A stretch of 61,657 bases of DNA from Nitrosopumilales archaeon (GTDB lineage: Archaea; Thermoproteota; Nitrososphaeria; Nitrososphaerales; Nitrososphaeraceae): assembly GCA_044507735.1 (NCBI GenBank), contig JBIQJB010000005.1, positions 34,299-95,955 on the forward strand, written 5' to 3'. Below the pieces are notes generated by a model, which did no database searches, was not told the DNA's origin, and saw only the letters and a list, made by a program, of their open reading frames with translations. The position numbers were made by a program, and so were the translations under genes. This document shows, in pieces, positions 1 to 9,262 of the stretch. Each line of letters opens with the position of its first letter. Positions within the stretch are counted from its first letter, which is position 1.

Positions 1-104
1 CAGGAGCTGGCATCGTCATGGATTCTGACCCAGAGCGCGAGTGGGCAGAGACCGAACATAAGGCAAATGCCATGCTGTCTGCACTCAAGAAGGCGTCACA
101 GTAG
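1..104 (+). CDS. trpE: 3' end of anthranilate synthase component I (TrpE/PabB family), partial
   Basis: Frame from base 3 reads GAGIVMDSDPEREWAETEHKANAMLSALKKASQ*, the typical chorismate-binding C-terminal motif (GAGIVxDSxPxxExxETxxK). Confidence 0.8.
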   Translation, partial: GAGIVMDSDPEREWAETEHKANAMLSALKKASQ

Positions 105-616
105 CCATTTCAGCTCAATTCTGATACCCGTTTTACCCATCATTATCCTAGACTTTATGCTCGATCACGGCCAAAAAGGCCAAAATGCTGGCCAGGGTCA
201 AAAAAATTGGCCCTAAAAATCATGTTGGTCATATTGCTACGATAATCATGCTATCAATTGGCATAATATAATTATTATATCAATATCATCAGCAATATAC
301 GATACATATAGTAATAAACATGCAATTGGTGTTGTAGTAAGAAAATAGTAGTAACGTAGCATGAAAAGAGTCGGGACATTTGACAACTGCATTGATGTTC
401 CTCCAAGCGGGCTTCTCATGCTGCGTGGTTATTCTACAGAGAGCATACTAGAATCAAATTCAAGTGATTCTGGAAAGGAGCTAGGGCGCTGTGTGGAAGA
501 TTCTGCAAGCATCCGCTTCGATTGCATATGCTTCAAACAAACGAACCAAGACTGGGAATAGAGAGTGGCACTACCGCTGCCACACTCGGATGACACAGAT
601 GCCGTTAACTCTACCA

Positions 617-1957
617 TCAGTGGCTAGTCGGGGGCCGGGCAAACATGTTACTTGGGTTGGTATGATATTCGACTGCCAGTGCGGGATCCTTTTGTCTCCC
701 AGTAAGGATGCCAACAACCACATCATCGCGTTTGATGATGCCTTCTTTTCGCAGCTTTCTCACGCCTGCGGGCACGGCCCCAGACGCCATTTCGCAATCA
801 AAGCCGTTCAGCCCGACTATGGACATGCCATCGCTCATCTCCTTATCGCTAACCTGAACAACAACTCCATTTGTAAAGTCCAGTGCGCGTAGTGCCTTGA
901 CGATGTTGGCCGGTTTGCCAATCTGTATGGCAGTTGCATGAGTTTTCGGTCGAATGCCCTTCTCATCTAGATGTGCGTAATAGCGATCTACCATTGCCAA
1001 GTCCGGCCTCCCCCCATTCCACGTGAGCCGTTTGCCTTCAAACAGGCCGTTGTAGAGTTCATAAAGTGTGTTTGCACCTTCTGCGTTGACTATCGCGAGC
1101 CGTGGAACCTTCTTGATCCAACCCCATTCATATAGTTCCATCAAGCACTTACCACAGCTTGAGGTATTGCCTAGCGCACCTCCTGGATACACTATCCAGT
1201 CTGGAGGATTCCAATTGAGATGCTCTAGGACTCTATAGACAATGGTTTTTTGCCCTTCAAGACGGAAGGGGTTAACAGAATTGACGGTATAGCCGCCTGT
1301 TTCTTCGGCATTCTTGAGCGATGCAGAGAGCGCATCGTCAAAGTTCCCTTGAACTTGAATCACTTGAGCGCCGAATTGGAATGCTTGCCCAAGCTTACCT
1401 GGCGCGATTTCGCCCTTTGGAATATAGACGTCGCATTCCATGTTTTCATTGGCGGCATACATTGCGGCTGAGGCAGACGTGTTACCCGTGGATGCGCAGA
1501 TGATCCTCTTCACTCCGAGCATCTTTGCGTGAGTAACGGCAGTAGACATGCCATTGTCCTTGAACGACCCTGATGGATTGTAGCCCTCAGGCTGGAGCAG
1601 GAACGAGTCATGGTTCATCCCGGCATACTCGGCGGCCTTGCTCATCTTGTATGGTTTTGAAAGGCGGCCTTCAGAGCCGTCAAGCGATACCAGCACACGA
1701 GCGCACTCTTCGAAGCTTTCAGTATCAATATTTGCAAAATTGATAAGGTCGCGAAAGCGCCACACCCCGCTTTCATTGTATATGTTGCCCCCGTGGTTTC
1801 GGCGCTGATAAAACGTTTCAATGAGATCTCGGCTCGGTTTCTTGCTGTACTTTATGTCAAGAAGAGAGCCGCATGAACATCTGTAAATGTCATTATTAAT
1901 TTCATAAGTCAGGCCGCAGGAAGGATTAATGCACTTTTTTGTGGCATGGGCGTCCAT
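617..1957 (-). CDS. thrC: Threonine synthase
   Basis: NPSGSFKD PLP-lysine motif, ASTGNTSAS, N-terminal Cys-rich Zn ribbon; start moved to ATG at 1957 (MDAHATKKC) to avoid overlap with the upstream gene. Confidence 0.9.
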   Translation of the reverse strand: MDAHATKKCINPSCGLTYEINNDIYRCSCGSLLDIKYSKKPSRDLIETFYQRRNHGGNIYNESGVWRFRDLINFANIDTESFEECARVLVSLDGSEGRLSKPYKMSKAAEYAGMNHDSFLLQPEGYNPSGSFKDNGMSTAVTHAKMLGVKRIICASTGNTSASAAMYAANENMECDVYIPKGEIAPGKLGQAFQFGAQVIQVQGNFDDALSASLKNAEETGGYTVNSVNPFRLEGQKTIVYRVLEHLNWNPPDWIVYPGGALGNTSSCGKCLMELYEWGWIKKVPRLAIVNAEGANTLYELYNGLFEGKRLTWNGGRPDLAMVDRYYAHLDEKGIRPKTHATAIQIGKPANIVKALRALDFTNGVVVQVSDKEMSDGMSIVGLNGFDCEMASGAVPAGVRKLRKEGIIKRDDVVVGILTGRQKDPALAVEYHTNPSNMFARPPTSH

Positions 1958-2006
1958 ATATATTGAGAAACGCTTGCGATTGTTATTTAGATGTTTTCTA
2001 GATGTA

Positions 2007-2270
2007 TTACTTCTTGGCGGCCTTCTCATACATCTTTAGAAGTTGCTGTATGACACCATCCATGTCGTCTTCCCTTACTTCCGGAGTAACCGCATGCTTG
2101 AGCAGGTTGCTTACCGTGCTAGAGATTTCCGAGCTCACCTCGTCAAAGCTGTCCATGTCGCTGTAGCTTTGCTGATAAAGCCTTCGCAACCGCATGGCGT
2201 ACATTTGGGTCTGCTCATTTATAGTGACGCTGTAACTGCGGTTGTTGACCTTTATCTTCTCTTTGATCAT
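2007..2270 (-). CDS. Small hypothetical protein
   Basis: 87-aa ORF with protein-like composition, TATA-like TTTTTAAA upstream, co-oriented with thrC. Confidence 0.75.
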   Translation of the reverse strand: MIKEKIKVNNRSYSVTINEQTQMYAMRLRRLYQQSYSDMDSFDEVSSEISSTVSNLLKHAVTPEVREDDMDGVIQQLLKMYEKAAKK

Positions 2271-2455
2271 CTCTACAAACTAACCCCGGCTTGCAGCCTT
2301 TAAAAAACTTGTCTGAGGAATAAGGTTTGCGGTATCCATGAGAGTATTCCACAGAATGTAACCGCAGACCCTTGTTACCATGGTTACTTACGTCCGAAGT
2401 ACATTGCCGCTTTTAGTTCCCTGTCGTTATGATGACGACTAGGTAATAGTATAGT

Positions 2456-3109
2456 ATGCCGTTCGATAGCAAGTGGGTGAAGCCGCAAGGAGAAAGTGTT
2501 GGGCACAGGCTGCTTGAGGGCATCAGGCCTCAAGCACCGCTAAAACCGAGAATAGAAGAAGCGCAGAAAAAGCTGCAATTGCAGATCGCAAAACTGGATT
2601 CAATTTCAGCACGAATGCAGGAAAAAGATCAAGTGATCTTCAAGCGCATAGTGCTTGCGATGCAGAGTCACGACACTTCACATGCACGAGTTCTTTCAGG
2701 AGAGCTATCGCAAATAAGGAAGATGAACAAGATGGTGACATCTGCAAAACTAGCACTAGAACAGATACAACTTAGGCTGAACACGATAACAGAACTTGGA
2801 GACGTAGTTGTAACGCTGAGTCCAGCAATGTCTGTGATAAAGGGATTGCAGGGTGGACTTTCAGGCATGATGCCAGAGGCAGACCAGTCATTTGGCCAGA
2901 TATCTGAACTGCTTGGAAGCATCATAACAGATTCGGGACAGATACCAACCAACGAGATAGGCACTGTCACTGGCTTCAACGAAGACATGGCAAGGATAAT
3001 GGAAGAAGCGAGTGCAGTTGTAGAGATGAACATGAAGAACAAGTTCCCAGACCTACCATCTGCAACAGCAAGCACACATGTGAAGAACCTAGAAGCGACA
3101 GGCTACTAG
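2456..3109 (+). CDS. ESCRT-III / Snf7 family protein (CdvB paralog)
   Basis: Helical Snf7 core (LALEQIQLRLNTITELGDVVVTLSPAMSVIK) and C-terminal FPDLP motif. Confidence 0.88.
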   Translation: MPFDSKWVKPQGESVGHRLLEGIRPQAPLKPRIEEAQKKLQLQIAKLDSISARMQEKDQVIFKRIVLAMQSHDTSHARVLSGELSQIRKMNKMVTSAKLALEQIQLRLNTITELGDVVVTLSPAMSVIKGLQGGLSGMMPEADQSFGQISELLGSIITDSGQIPTNEIGTVTGFNEDMARIMEEASAVVEMNMKNKFPDLPSATASTHVKNLEATGY

Positions 3110-3127
3110 CCTGCGTATTTTCTTTTT

Positions 3128-3451
3128 TTATTTCTCGTTTGCAATTTTTCTGACTTGTTTTTTTATCCTTGAGATTGTCGGATAGCTGTACCCTTTTTCT
3201 CTGTATGTTTTTATCATTGCCTTCCAGTTGTTGAGGCGCCACTTTGCCTGGTCAGGACTCAGCAGGTGGGTCTCCCGTTTCACCATACTCTTTCGGCCTG
3301 GCATTAAGTAGCCACCACTCTCCGCCGCATGGCGGTTGTACGCAAACCGAAGGCCAAAAAGAATGTCCGAAGGAGAAAGAGAATTCAGGTACATTGCGAG
3401 CTCTCTGCTCTGCTCGTCGGCAATCTTTAGCTTGAACACATATTCTTTCAT
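3128..3451 (-). CDS. Hypothetical basic protein
   Basis: 107-aa ORF, TATA-like TTAATTAA upstream; possible HTH-like C-terminus (GYSYPTISRIKK). Confidence 0.7.
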   Translation of the reverse strand: MKEYVFKLKIADEQSRELAMYLNSLSPSDILFGLRFAYNRHAAESGGYLMPGRKSMVKRETHLLSPDQAKWRLNNWKAMIKTYREKGYSYPTISRIKKQVRKIANEK

Positions 3452-3518
3452 TGGCCTACAAATGCTTGCGACTGCAGGTTAATTAAGTTTATTTCTAAAC
3501 TCGAGTTTAGAAATATGG

Positions 3519-4685
3519 TTAGATGATGCCTGTTTTTTTCCCTGCTTTTTCGAAGGCACCAATTGCCTCATCCAGGTGCTCTTGACCGTGCATGGCAGTT
3601 AGCGAAACCCTCAGCCGTGCGGAACCCTTCTTTACGGTAGGATACCTTACGGCTTGAGCGAAAACTCCTTGCCATAGCAGCTCTTGCGAGAAATCCATGG
3701 CCGCTTTTTCAGATCCTATCAGGACAGGAATAATCTGGCTAGAGGAGCTTCGGAGCACGAACCCAAGTTTCTTTAATGCCTTTGTGAAATAGTCAATATT
3801 GCTGTAAAGCACTTCTTGCAGGTTCCCTCTTTTGGCTAGTGGAATTGCTGCCATGGCAGCAGCACACAGATGGGTGGGCAAGGCCGATGTGTAGATAAAC
3901 TGTCTTGATGTATTGATAAGAAGTTCTCTCAGTGATCTGCTGGTAGCTACATATCCACCAAAGCATCCAAGCCCCTTGCTCATACTGCTTACGTGGACGT
4001 CGACATCTACGCCAAATTTGGAAGGAATACCGGAGAAATTTGGACCAAAGAGAAAATCACCATGTGCGTCATCGACGATTGTTATGGCATCATTTTCCTT
4101 TGCTATAGCGCATATCTCTGAAAGTCTTGCAGCATCGCCATCCATGCTGTAGATTCCTTCCGTTATCACGATCTTGCGACCTCTGGTCTGACGCATCATT
4201 TCATGCAACATGTCGACATTGTTGTGCTCGAACACCCTGATTGTGGCACCGGTCAATCTACAAGCGTCGATTATGCTTGCATGGTTCAGCTCGTCGCTAA
4301 AAATTGTGGAGCCTTTGTCGGCGACTGCAGTTACGGCCCCAAGATTTGCACTGTAACCGGTGGGATAGACAAGCGCAGCTTCGGTACGCCTGTGAGCCGC
4401 AAGCATACCTTCAAGTTCGATGATTGTTGGATGGTTTCCAGCAATTAACCGAGAGCTGCACTGCGATACCTCGTTAAGCACCTCGATAGTCTTCTCTATG
4501 ACGCTCTTGTTTCGAGAAAGTCCAAGATAATCATTTGAGCAGAGGTGGATTGTCTCATGACCATCAACCGTTGCGTTCGGGCCATGGACTACAACACTTC
4601 TCAATTGCCGGTACAGATCACTTCTTTCAAGAAGGTCGAGCCGATCGTCGACAAAGGCCGTCTTTTCATTATGCTTTGAGTCCAA
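3519..4685 (-). CDS. bioF: 8-amino-7-oxononanoate synthase
   Basis: SNDYLGL, SDELNHASIID, DDAHG, SMSKGLG motifs; overlaps the end of bioB. Confidence 0.92.
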   Translation of the reverse strand: MDSKHNEKTAFVDDRLDLLERSDLYRQLRSVVVHGPNATVDGHETIHLCSNDYLGLSRNKSVIEKTIEVLNEVSQCSSRLIAGNHPTIIELEGMLAAHRRTEAALVYPTGYSANLGAVTAVADKGSTIFSDELNHASIIDACRLTGATIRVFEHNNVDMLHEMMRQTRGRKIVITEGIYSMDGDAARLSEICAIAKENDAITIVDDAHGDFLFGPNFSGIPSKFGVDVDVHVSSMSKGLGCFGGYVATSRSLRELLINTSRQFIYTSALPTHLCAAAMAAIPLAKRGNLQEVLYSNIDYFTKALKKLGFVLRSSSSQIIPVLIGSEKAAMDFSQELLWQGVFAQAVRYPTVKKGSARLRVSLTAMHGQEHLDEAIGAFEKAGKKTGII

Positions 4686-5640
4686 TCTCTCTTATCATCG
4701 CAATATCCTTGTTGGGCTCGTTCCCACCGGTTGTGAGATAACCGCCTGTGATTATTCCGTTTGCCCCAGCCTTTAGCGCCAGTCTGTCTTTGTCTTTGAG
4801 ATGGACCTCGCGCCCTCCTGCGATCTTGAGAATCGTCTTTGGCATAATAAAGCGCCATACTGCAATCGTCTTGATTGCCTCAAGCGGGTCAATCGGGTCA
4901 AAACCTGCCATGGGAGTTCCTTCCCTGCCAATTAGAATATTGACCGGAACCTCCTCTGGATGGAGATCAGCAAGAGCGAAAGCCAGCTCCAGTCGCTGCC
5001 TCCTGTTCTCGCCCATCCCAATTATCCCTCCGGAGCACAATTCAAGGCCTGCCTCCTTGACTATCTTTGCGGTGTTGACCCTATCCGAAAAGTCATGGGT
5101 CTTGCAAATCTTTGAGAAATAGCTCTCTGCAGCCTCGAGGTTGTGATTATAGCGCTTCACTCCCAGGGCCCGAAGCTTGCGGGCCCTGTCAGGAGTCATG
5201 AAACCAAGCGACACATTAACTTCAATATCGACTTTTGACTTAATTTCTGAAATGGCCTCGCAGATCTGCTGAAATTCCTTTTCTGGCGGTTCACGGTAGG
5301 CGCATACAAGGCAAAAACTGGTCGCGCCAGATTCTTTTGCCTTTTTTGCATTTTCGATCAGGACTTCTTTTGGCAATAGAGGATATTTTGAAATGCCAGT
5401 GTCATAGAAAGTGGACTGAGCACAGAACGAACAATCCTCCGGACATCTGCCGGATTTTGCATTTATCAGAGCTTCGACATCTACCGTATCGCCATTAAAC
5501 GCGCGGGTTATGGTATTCGCGCAATTGGCTAGCGTCATGATATCGTCAGTTGCAAGCAGCCGTTCGGCTTCTTCAAAGGTAATTGAACTTCCACCAAGGA
5601 CTTTGTTCATGCAACGGGTGATAAATGCTGAATCGGTCAC
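4669..5640 (-). CDS. bioB: Biotin synthase (radical SAM)
   Basis: CPEDCSFCAQS, YNHNLE, CSGGIIGMGE motifs. Confidence 0.96.
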   Translation of the reverse strand: MTDSAFITRCMNKVLGGSSITFEEAERLLATDDIMTLANCANTITRAFNGDTVDVEALINAKSGRCPEDCSFCAQSTFYDTGISKYPLLPKEVLIENAKKAKESGATSFCLVCAYREPPEKEFQQICEAISEIKSKVDIEVNVSLGFMTPDRARKLRALGVKRYNHNLEAAESYFSKICKTHDFSDRVNTAKIVKEAGLELCSGGIIGMGENRRQRLELAFALADLHPEEVPVNILIGREGTPMAGFDPIDPLEAIKTIAVWRFIMPKTILKIAGGREVHLKDKDRLALKAGANGIITGGYLTTGGNEPNKDIAMIREIGLKA

Positions 5641-5676
5641 AAAATAAGTCGAGTCGTAAACTGATAATTAAAACTT

Positions 5677-5704
5677 TGGTTTACAATGGGCCGATTTTTG
5701 GCGA
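5677..5704. promoter_or_regulatory. Degenerate copy of the res-like 28-bp site beside the bioB TATA box
   Basis: TGGTTTACAATGGGCCGATTTTTGGCGA matches 5887-5914 at 19/28 positions in direct orientation; bioB TATA-like TTTTAATTA on the minus strand at 5665-5673. Confidence 0.35.
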
Positions 5705-5886
5705 TATTTCAAAACTCGAATTTAGAAATATTCACTGAAAATCATGCACAAAAGCCATCTATCAATAACTGGCCAAAAAACATCATCCGGGGCCATAGTT
5801 TTGCGTGCCGGAATGCCGAAATCTTGCTAGATCATCTTGCCAAGAAAAAAATTGCGATTTTCGTCATTTTTCAATTCTGTGCGGAC

Positions 5887-5974
5887 TGTTCAATAATGGG
5901 TCGTTTTTTGAACACAAAGCACCGAAGACCGTTTATTTAACAAACGCTACCCTTTTTAGACATTTTTTTTGACA
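5887..5974. promoter_or_regulatory. Putative res-like recombinase binding/crossover region
   Basis: 28-bp imperfect palindrome TGTTCAATAATGG-GT-CGTTTTTTGAACA (5887-5914), then related half-sites CGTTTATTTAACA (5930-5942), CCCTTTTTAGACA (5950-5962), ATTTTTTTTGACA (5962-5974), directly upstream of the resolvase. Confidence 0.55.
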
Positions 5975-6009
5975 AGGCTGGAGTTAAGCCAAGTCGTACA
6001 GACATTTCC

Positions 6010-6603
6010 ATGAAATACGCGTTTGCCTACCTCCGGGTAAGTACCGAAGAGCAAACGGTACAGAACCAAAAGATGGCTCTGCAAAAATGGGCTCATAACA
6101 ATAATTACCAGATCCTTGATTTTTTCGAAGATTCTGCAGTCAGCGGAAAGATCCCGGCGACCCAAAGGCGCGGGTTCCAAGAAATGCTAGAGCTGGTGAC
6201 TATGGCAAGTGTCGATGCTGTCTTGGTGTATGAATTGTCGCGTGTTGGTAGGACTTTTTGGGATACCTTGGATGCAATTAAGGCAATAGAAAAGTATGCG
6301 CCGTTGGTATCATGCTCCCCAAAGGAGTCGTTTCTACAGACGACCGATCCAAGCGTCAGGAAACTCATGATCGGAATTCTAACATGGGTCGCAGAGAGAG
6401 AGCGCGACATGCTTGTGCAGAGGACCAAGGATGGCATGGTGAGAGCAAGGGCGGCAGGCAAGGGCATTGGCAGGCCCCAAAAGAGGATAGATAAGAATCA
6501 GCTTATCACTTTGCTCGCAAGCAACCTCTCAAAGGAAAAGATAGCGAAGAACCTGGGAATCTCAAAGGCGACGCTATATAAAGAATTGAGGCGATTAAGA
6601 TAG
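6010..6603 (+). CDS. Serine recombinase, resolvase/invertase family, with C-terminal HTH
   Basis: AYLRVSTEEQ catalytic Ser motif, ELSRVGR, AERER..RTKDG helix E, GRP arm, IAKNLGISKATLYK HTH. Confidence 0.93.
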   Translation: MKYAFAYLRVSTEEQTVQNQKMALQKWAHNNNYQILDFFEDSAVSGKIPATQRRGFQEMLELVTMASVDAVLVYELSRVGRTFWDTLDAIKAIEKYAPLVSCSPKESFLQTTDPSVRKLMIGILTWVAERERDMLVQRTKDGMVRARAAGKGIGRPQKRIDKNQLITLLASNLSKEKIAKNLGISKATLYKELRRLR

Positions 6604-7938
6604 TCGTTCCACCTTTCTCAAAATCTCAAGTTGGACATCCATCAACCTCTCAAGATCTTGCCTGCCAATTGCAAGTGGAGGAATTATCATCATTATGTTG
6701 CCAAGAGGTCGGAGGTGCACGCCCCTCTTCAAAGCCTCCTGCACTATGAAGTAGTTAATTCTTTTCTTGTTCCTTAGCACAAGAATGGGCTTGTTGTTGT
6801 TCGTTGACAGCTCAATTCCCGCGAGCAGACCCTTGTGCCGGATGTCTCCGACTATTGGCGAATCTGCAAATTCGCGCAGTCTTGAAGCTATGTATCTTGC
6901 ATTTGCATTGATTTTTTGCACAAGGTTGCTCTTCTTGTAAAGGTCAATGTTTGCCAACGCCGCAGCGCAGCCTACAGGATGACCCGTAAAAGTATGCCCA
7001 TGATAGAAGTGCTTGTTGTCCGAATATTTGCCAAGGAAAGCACCAAAGATCTGTTCAGTAGTCATTGTCACCGCTAGGGGAAAATAGCCCCCCGTCAACG
7101 CTTTACCAAAACAGACAATGTCTGGAGGGGATCTTTGCGCAAGGTATTCGACCATGTTTCCCAACCGGCCAAAGCCAGTTGCGATTTCATCCAAGATTAG
7201 CAATACTTCATGATCCCTGCACATCCTTGCGATCTTTTTCTGATAGCCGTCAGGATATATCACCACGCCCCCTGCTATCTGAGCGCCACTCTCCATGACA
7301 AGCGCCGCGCAGCGGCTTGACCGCTTTTTGAGAAGATTCTCGGTCTTTTCAAGGCATTGTTCCACGAGGTCTTTCTCATCCTCAAATCCACTTCCATACA
7401 TGAGAGGGCTAGGAACGCGGTGAACCTTGGTCAACAACGGCCTGTAAGCAGAAAAAAAGTTCTCCACGAACCCAACAGACATGGCTCCGATTGTGTCGCC
7501 GTGGTAACCGTGTTCTAGAGAGACAAATTCTGTTTTCTCACTTTTTCCCTTGTTGCGCCAATACTGCAACGCCATCTTCATCGCAGCCTCTATTGCAGTG
7601 GAGCCATTATCAGTGTAGAATGCCTTGTCCATGCCCTTTGCCAGACCTGAGAGCTTTTCTGCCAACTGTGCAGAGGGGCCATTGGCAAGACCGAATAGTG
7701 TGGAGTGCTGGAGGTTCCTCAGCTGTTCGATCATCGCTTCAACTACCTCATTTGGCCCGTGGCCCCAGACATTGCACCACATGCTCGCTATTCCATCTAG
7801 GTATCTCCTGCCCTCGCTATCGACTAAGTAAAATCCTTCGCCTCTCACTATTACGCGGTTATTCCATGCATTCCAGTCGCTCATTTGAGTATACGGGTGC
7901 CAAACGAACTGCTTGTCTGCCGTCTTTAGGCTCCTCAT
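6595..7938 (-). CDS. bioA: Adenosylmethionine-8-amino-7-oxononanoate (DAPA) aminotransferase
   Basis: WHPYTQM, GYHGDT, DEIATGFGRLG, GKALTGG, HGHTFTG motifs. Confidence 0.94.
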   Translation of the reverse strand: MRSLKTADKQFVWHPYTQMSDWNAWNNRVIVRGEGFYLVDSEGRRYLDGIASMWCNVWGHGPNEVVEAMIEQLRNLQHSTLFGLANGPSAQLAEKLSGLAKGMDKAFYTDNGSTAIEAAMKMALQYWRNKGKSEKTEFVSLEHGYHGDTIGAMSVGFVENFFSAYRPLLTKVHRVPSPLMYGSGFEDEKDLVEQCLEKTENLLKKRSSRCAALVMESGAQIAGGVVIYPDGYQKKIARMCRDHEVLLILDEIATGFGRLGNMVEYLAQRSPPDIVCFGKALTGGYFPLAVTMTTEQIFGAFLGKYSDNKHFYHGHTFTGHPVGCAAALANIDLYKKSNLVQKINANARYIASRLREFADSPIVGDIRHKGLLAGIELSTNNNKPILVLRNKKRINYFIVQEALKRGVHLRPLGNIMMIIPPLAIGRQDLERLMDVQLEILRKVERLS

Positions 7939-7980
7939 CAGTTAAATGCAGGTGTAAGCCATGACTCTAATAATATTTCC

Positions 7981-8676
7981 ATGCGAGGAATCTTTGTCAC
8001 GGGAACTAACACCGGCGTTGGCAAGACCGCCATAGCAGCGGGCCTTGCATGGGTTCTGAGAAAGCGAGTGGATGTCGGCGTTATGAAGCCGTTTGCAACT
8101 GCAAGCAGACCCTTTTCGAGAGAGCACAAGTCCAAGGATGCTGCACTGCTGGCAAGAGCGTCGGGAGTAGACGATCCTGATAGCGAAGTCAACCCGTACT
8201 TTTGTTCACTTGCGGCGTCGCCGCTTGTTGCCTCCATGGCGAGGGATAAACCCCCTCCGGATGTCAGAAAAGTCTTGCAAAAACTTCGCGACCTTGGAAA
8301 AAAGCACGACTTTGTAGTAGTTGAAGGGATCGGCGGCATAATGGTGCCGCTGACGGACAACGAGTTTGTCGCAGACTTTGCAAAGAGGACAGGCCTGCCC
8401 GCGCTCATAATAACAACACCTGTGCTTGGGACGCTAAATCACACGCTGCTCACAGTGATGGCGTGCAGAAAGTTTGGAATAGACATCAAAGGAATAATTG
8501 TCAACAAGATGCCGAGAAAACCGAACGTTGTGGAGCAAAGAGTCCCAGAAACGATTGAAAGGCTTGCAGGTGTCCAGGTGCTTGGCTCAGTGCCCTTCAC
8601 AAGAAGGACAGACTACGTGACCATTGGCAGGATGCTTGAAAAGGCTATCAACCTCGATGCCTTACTAACCATGTAA
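7981..8676 (+). CDS. bioD: Dethiobiotin synthetase
   Basis: FVTGTNTGVGKT P-loop, MKP, VEGIGG, LGTLNHTLL. Confidence 0.94.
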   Translation: MRGIFVTGTNTGVGKTAIAAGLAWVLRKRVDVGVMKPFATASRPFSREHKSKDAALLARASGVDDPDSEVNPYFCSLAASPLVASMARDKPPPDVRKVLQKLRDLGKKHDFVVVEGIGGIMVPLTDNEFVADFAKRTGLPALIITTPVLGTLNHTLLTVMACRKFGIDIKGIIVNKMPRKPNVVEQRVPETIERLAGVQVLGSVPFTRRTDYVTIGRMLEKAINLDALLTM

Positions 8677-9249
8677 CAGTTTCAGTCCGTGGTTACCCTT
8701 TTCCGACAAGAATGCGTTGATGTCGGAGATGATGCGTGAGTAATGCAGGCCCCCGGCCCCAAGGTGGTAATTCTTGTACTCAGTTTGAAGAGGATTTGCG
8801 GATATCAGCCAGACGTTTTCACGATTGGGCTGTACAGTTCTTGCCTGCCCTACCTTTTCCTCAAGGTTTCCCCTTACAACTTGAATTACAAGTGACTTGT
8901 TCGGGCTTTTGATAAGGACCTTAGATGAAGGAATGACGATGTCCACTTCGACGCCTTGCACATTGATCTTTCTCTCAGATGGCAAGAGTGAAGCAGTGAG
9001 CATAAAATGAAGTAGTGCTTCGCACAACGTCGCTTTTGCTATTTCGTCATCTGCTGCTATCTCCCGCAGTTTCTTGGTACATCGGTCCAAGATATCCTTG
9101 CAGTATGTCTCGGACATCTTGACATTTGCAGCAATTGCCATTCTGATTTTCTCGCGTCCTATTTCGTTAATGGATGAATACAACACATCTTTAACGTCTG
9201 CAGACACAGAAATTGCAAGCAGTATACGTTTATTAAATCTGATTATCAA
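8665..9249 (-). CDS. Hypothetical protein
   Basis: 194-aa ORF with globular composition; start uncertain. Confidence 0.7.
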   Translation of the reverse strand: MIIRFNKRILLAISVSADVKDVLYSSINEIGREKIRMAIAANVKMSETYCKDILDRCTKKLREIAADDEIAKATLCEALLHFMLTASLLPSERKINVQGVEVDIVIPSSKVLIKSPNKSLVIQVVRGNLEEKVGQARTVQPNRENVWLISANPLQTEYKNYHLGAGGLHYSRIISDINAFLSEKGNHGLKLLHG

Positions 9250-9262
9250 CTATTACTCATAC

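Noticed and set aside
361-561. 66-aa ORF between trpE and thrC
   Set aside because: No motif or protein-like features; likely chance.
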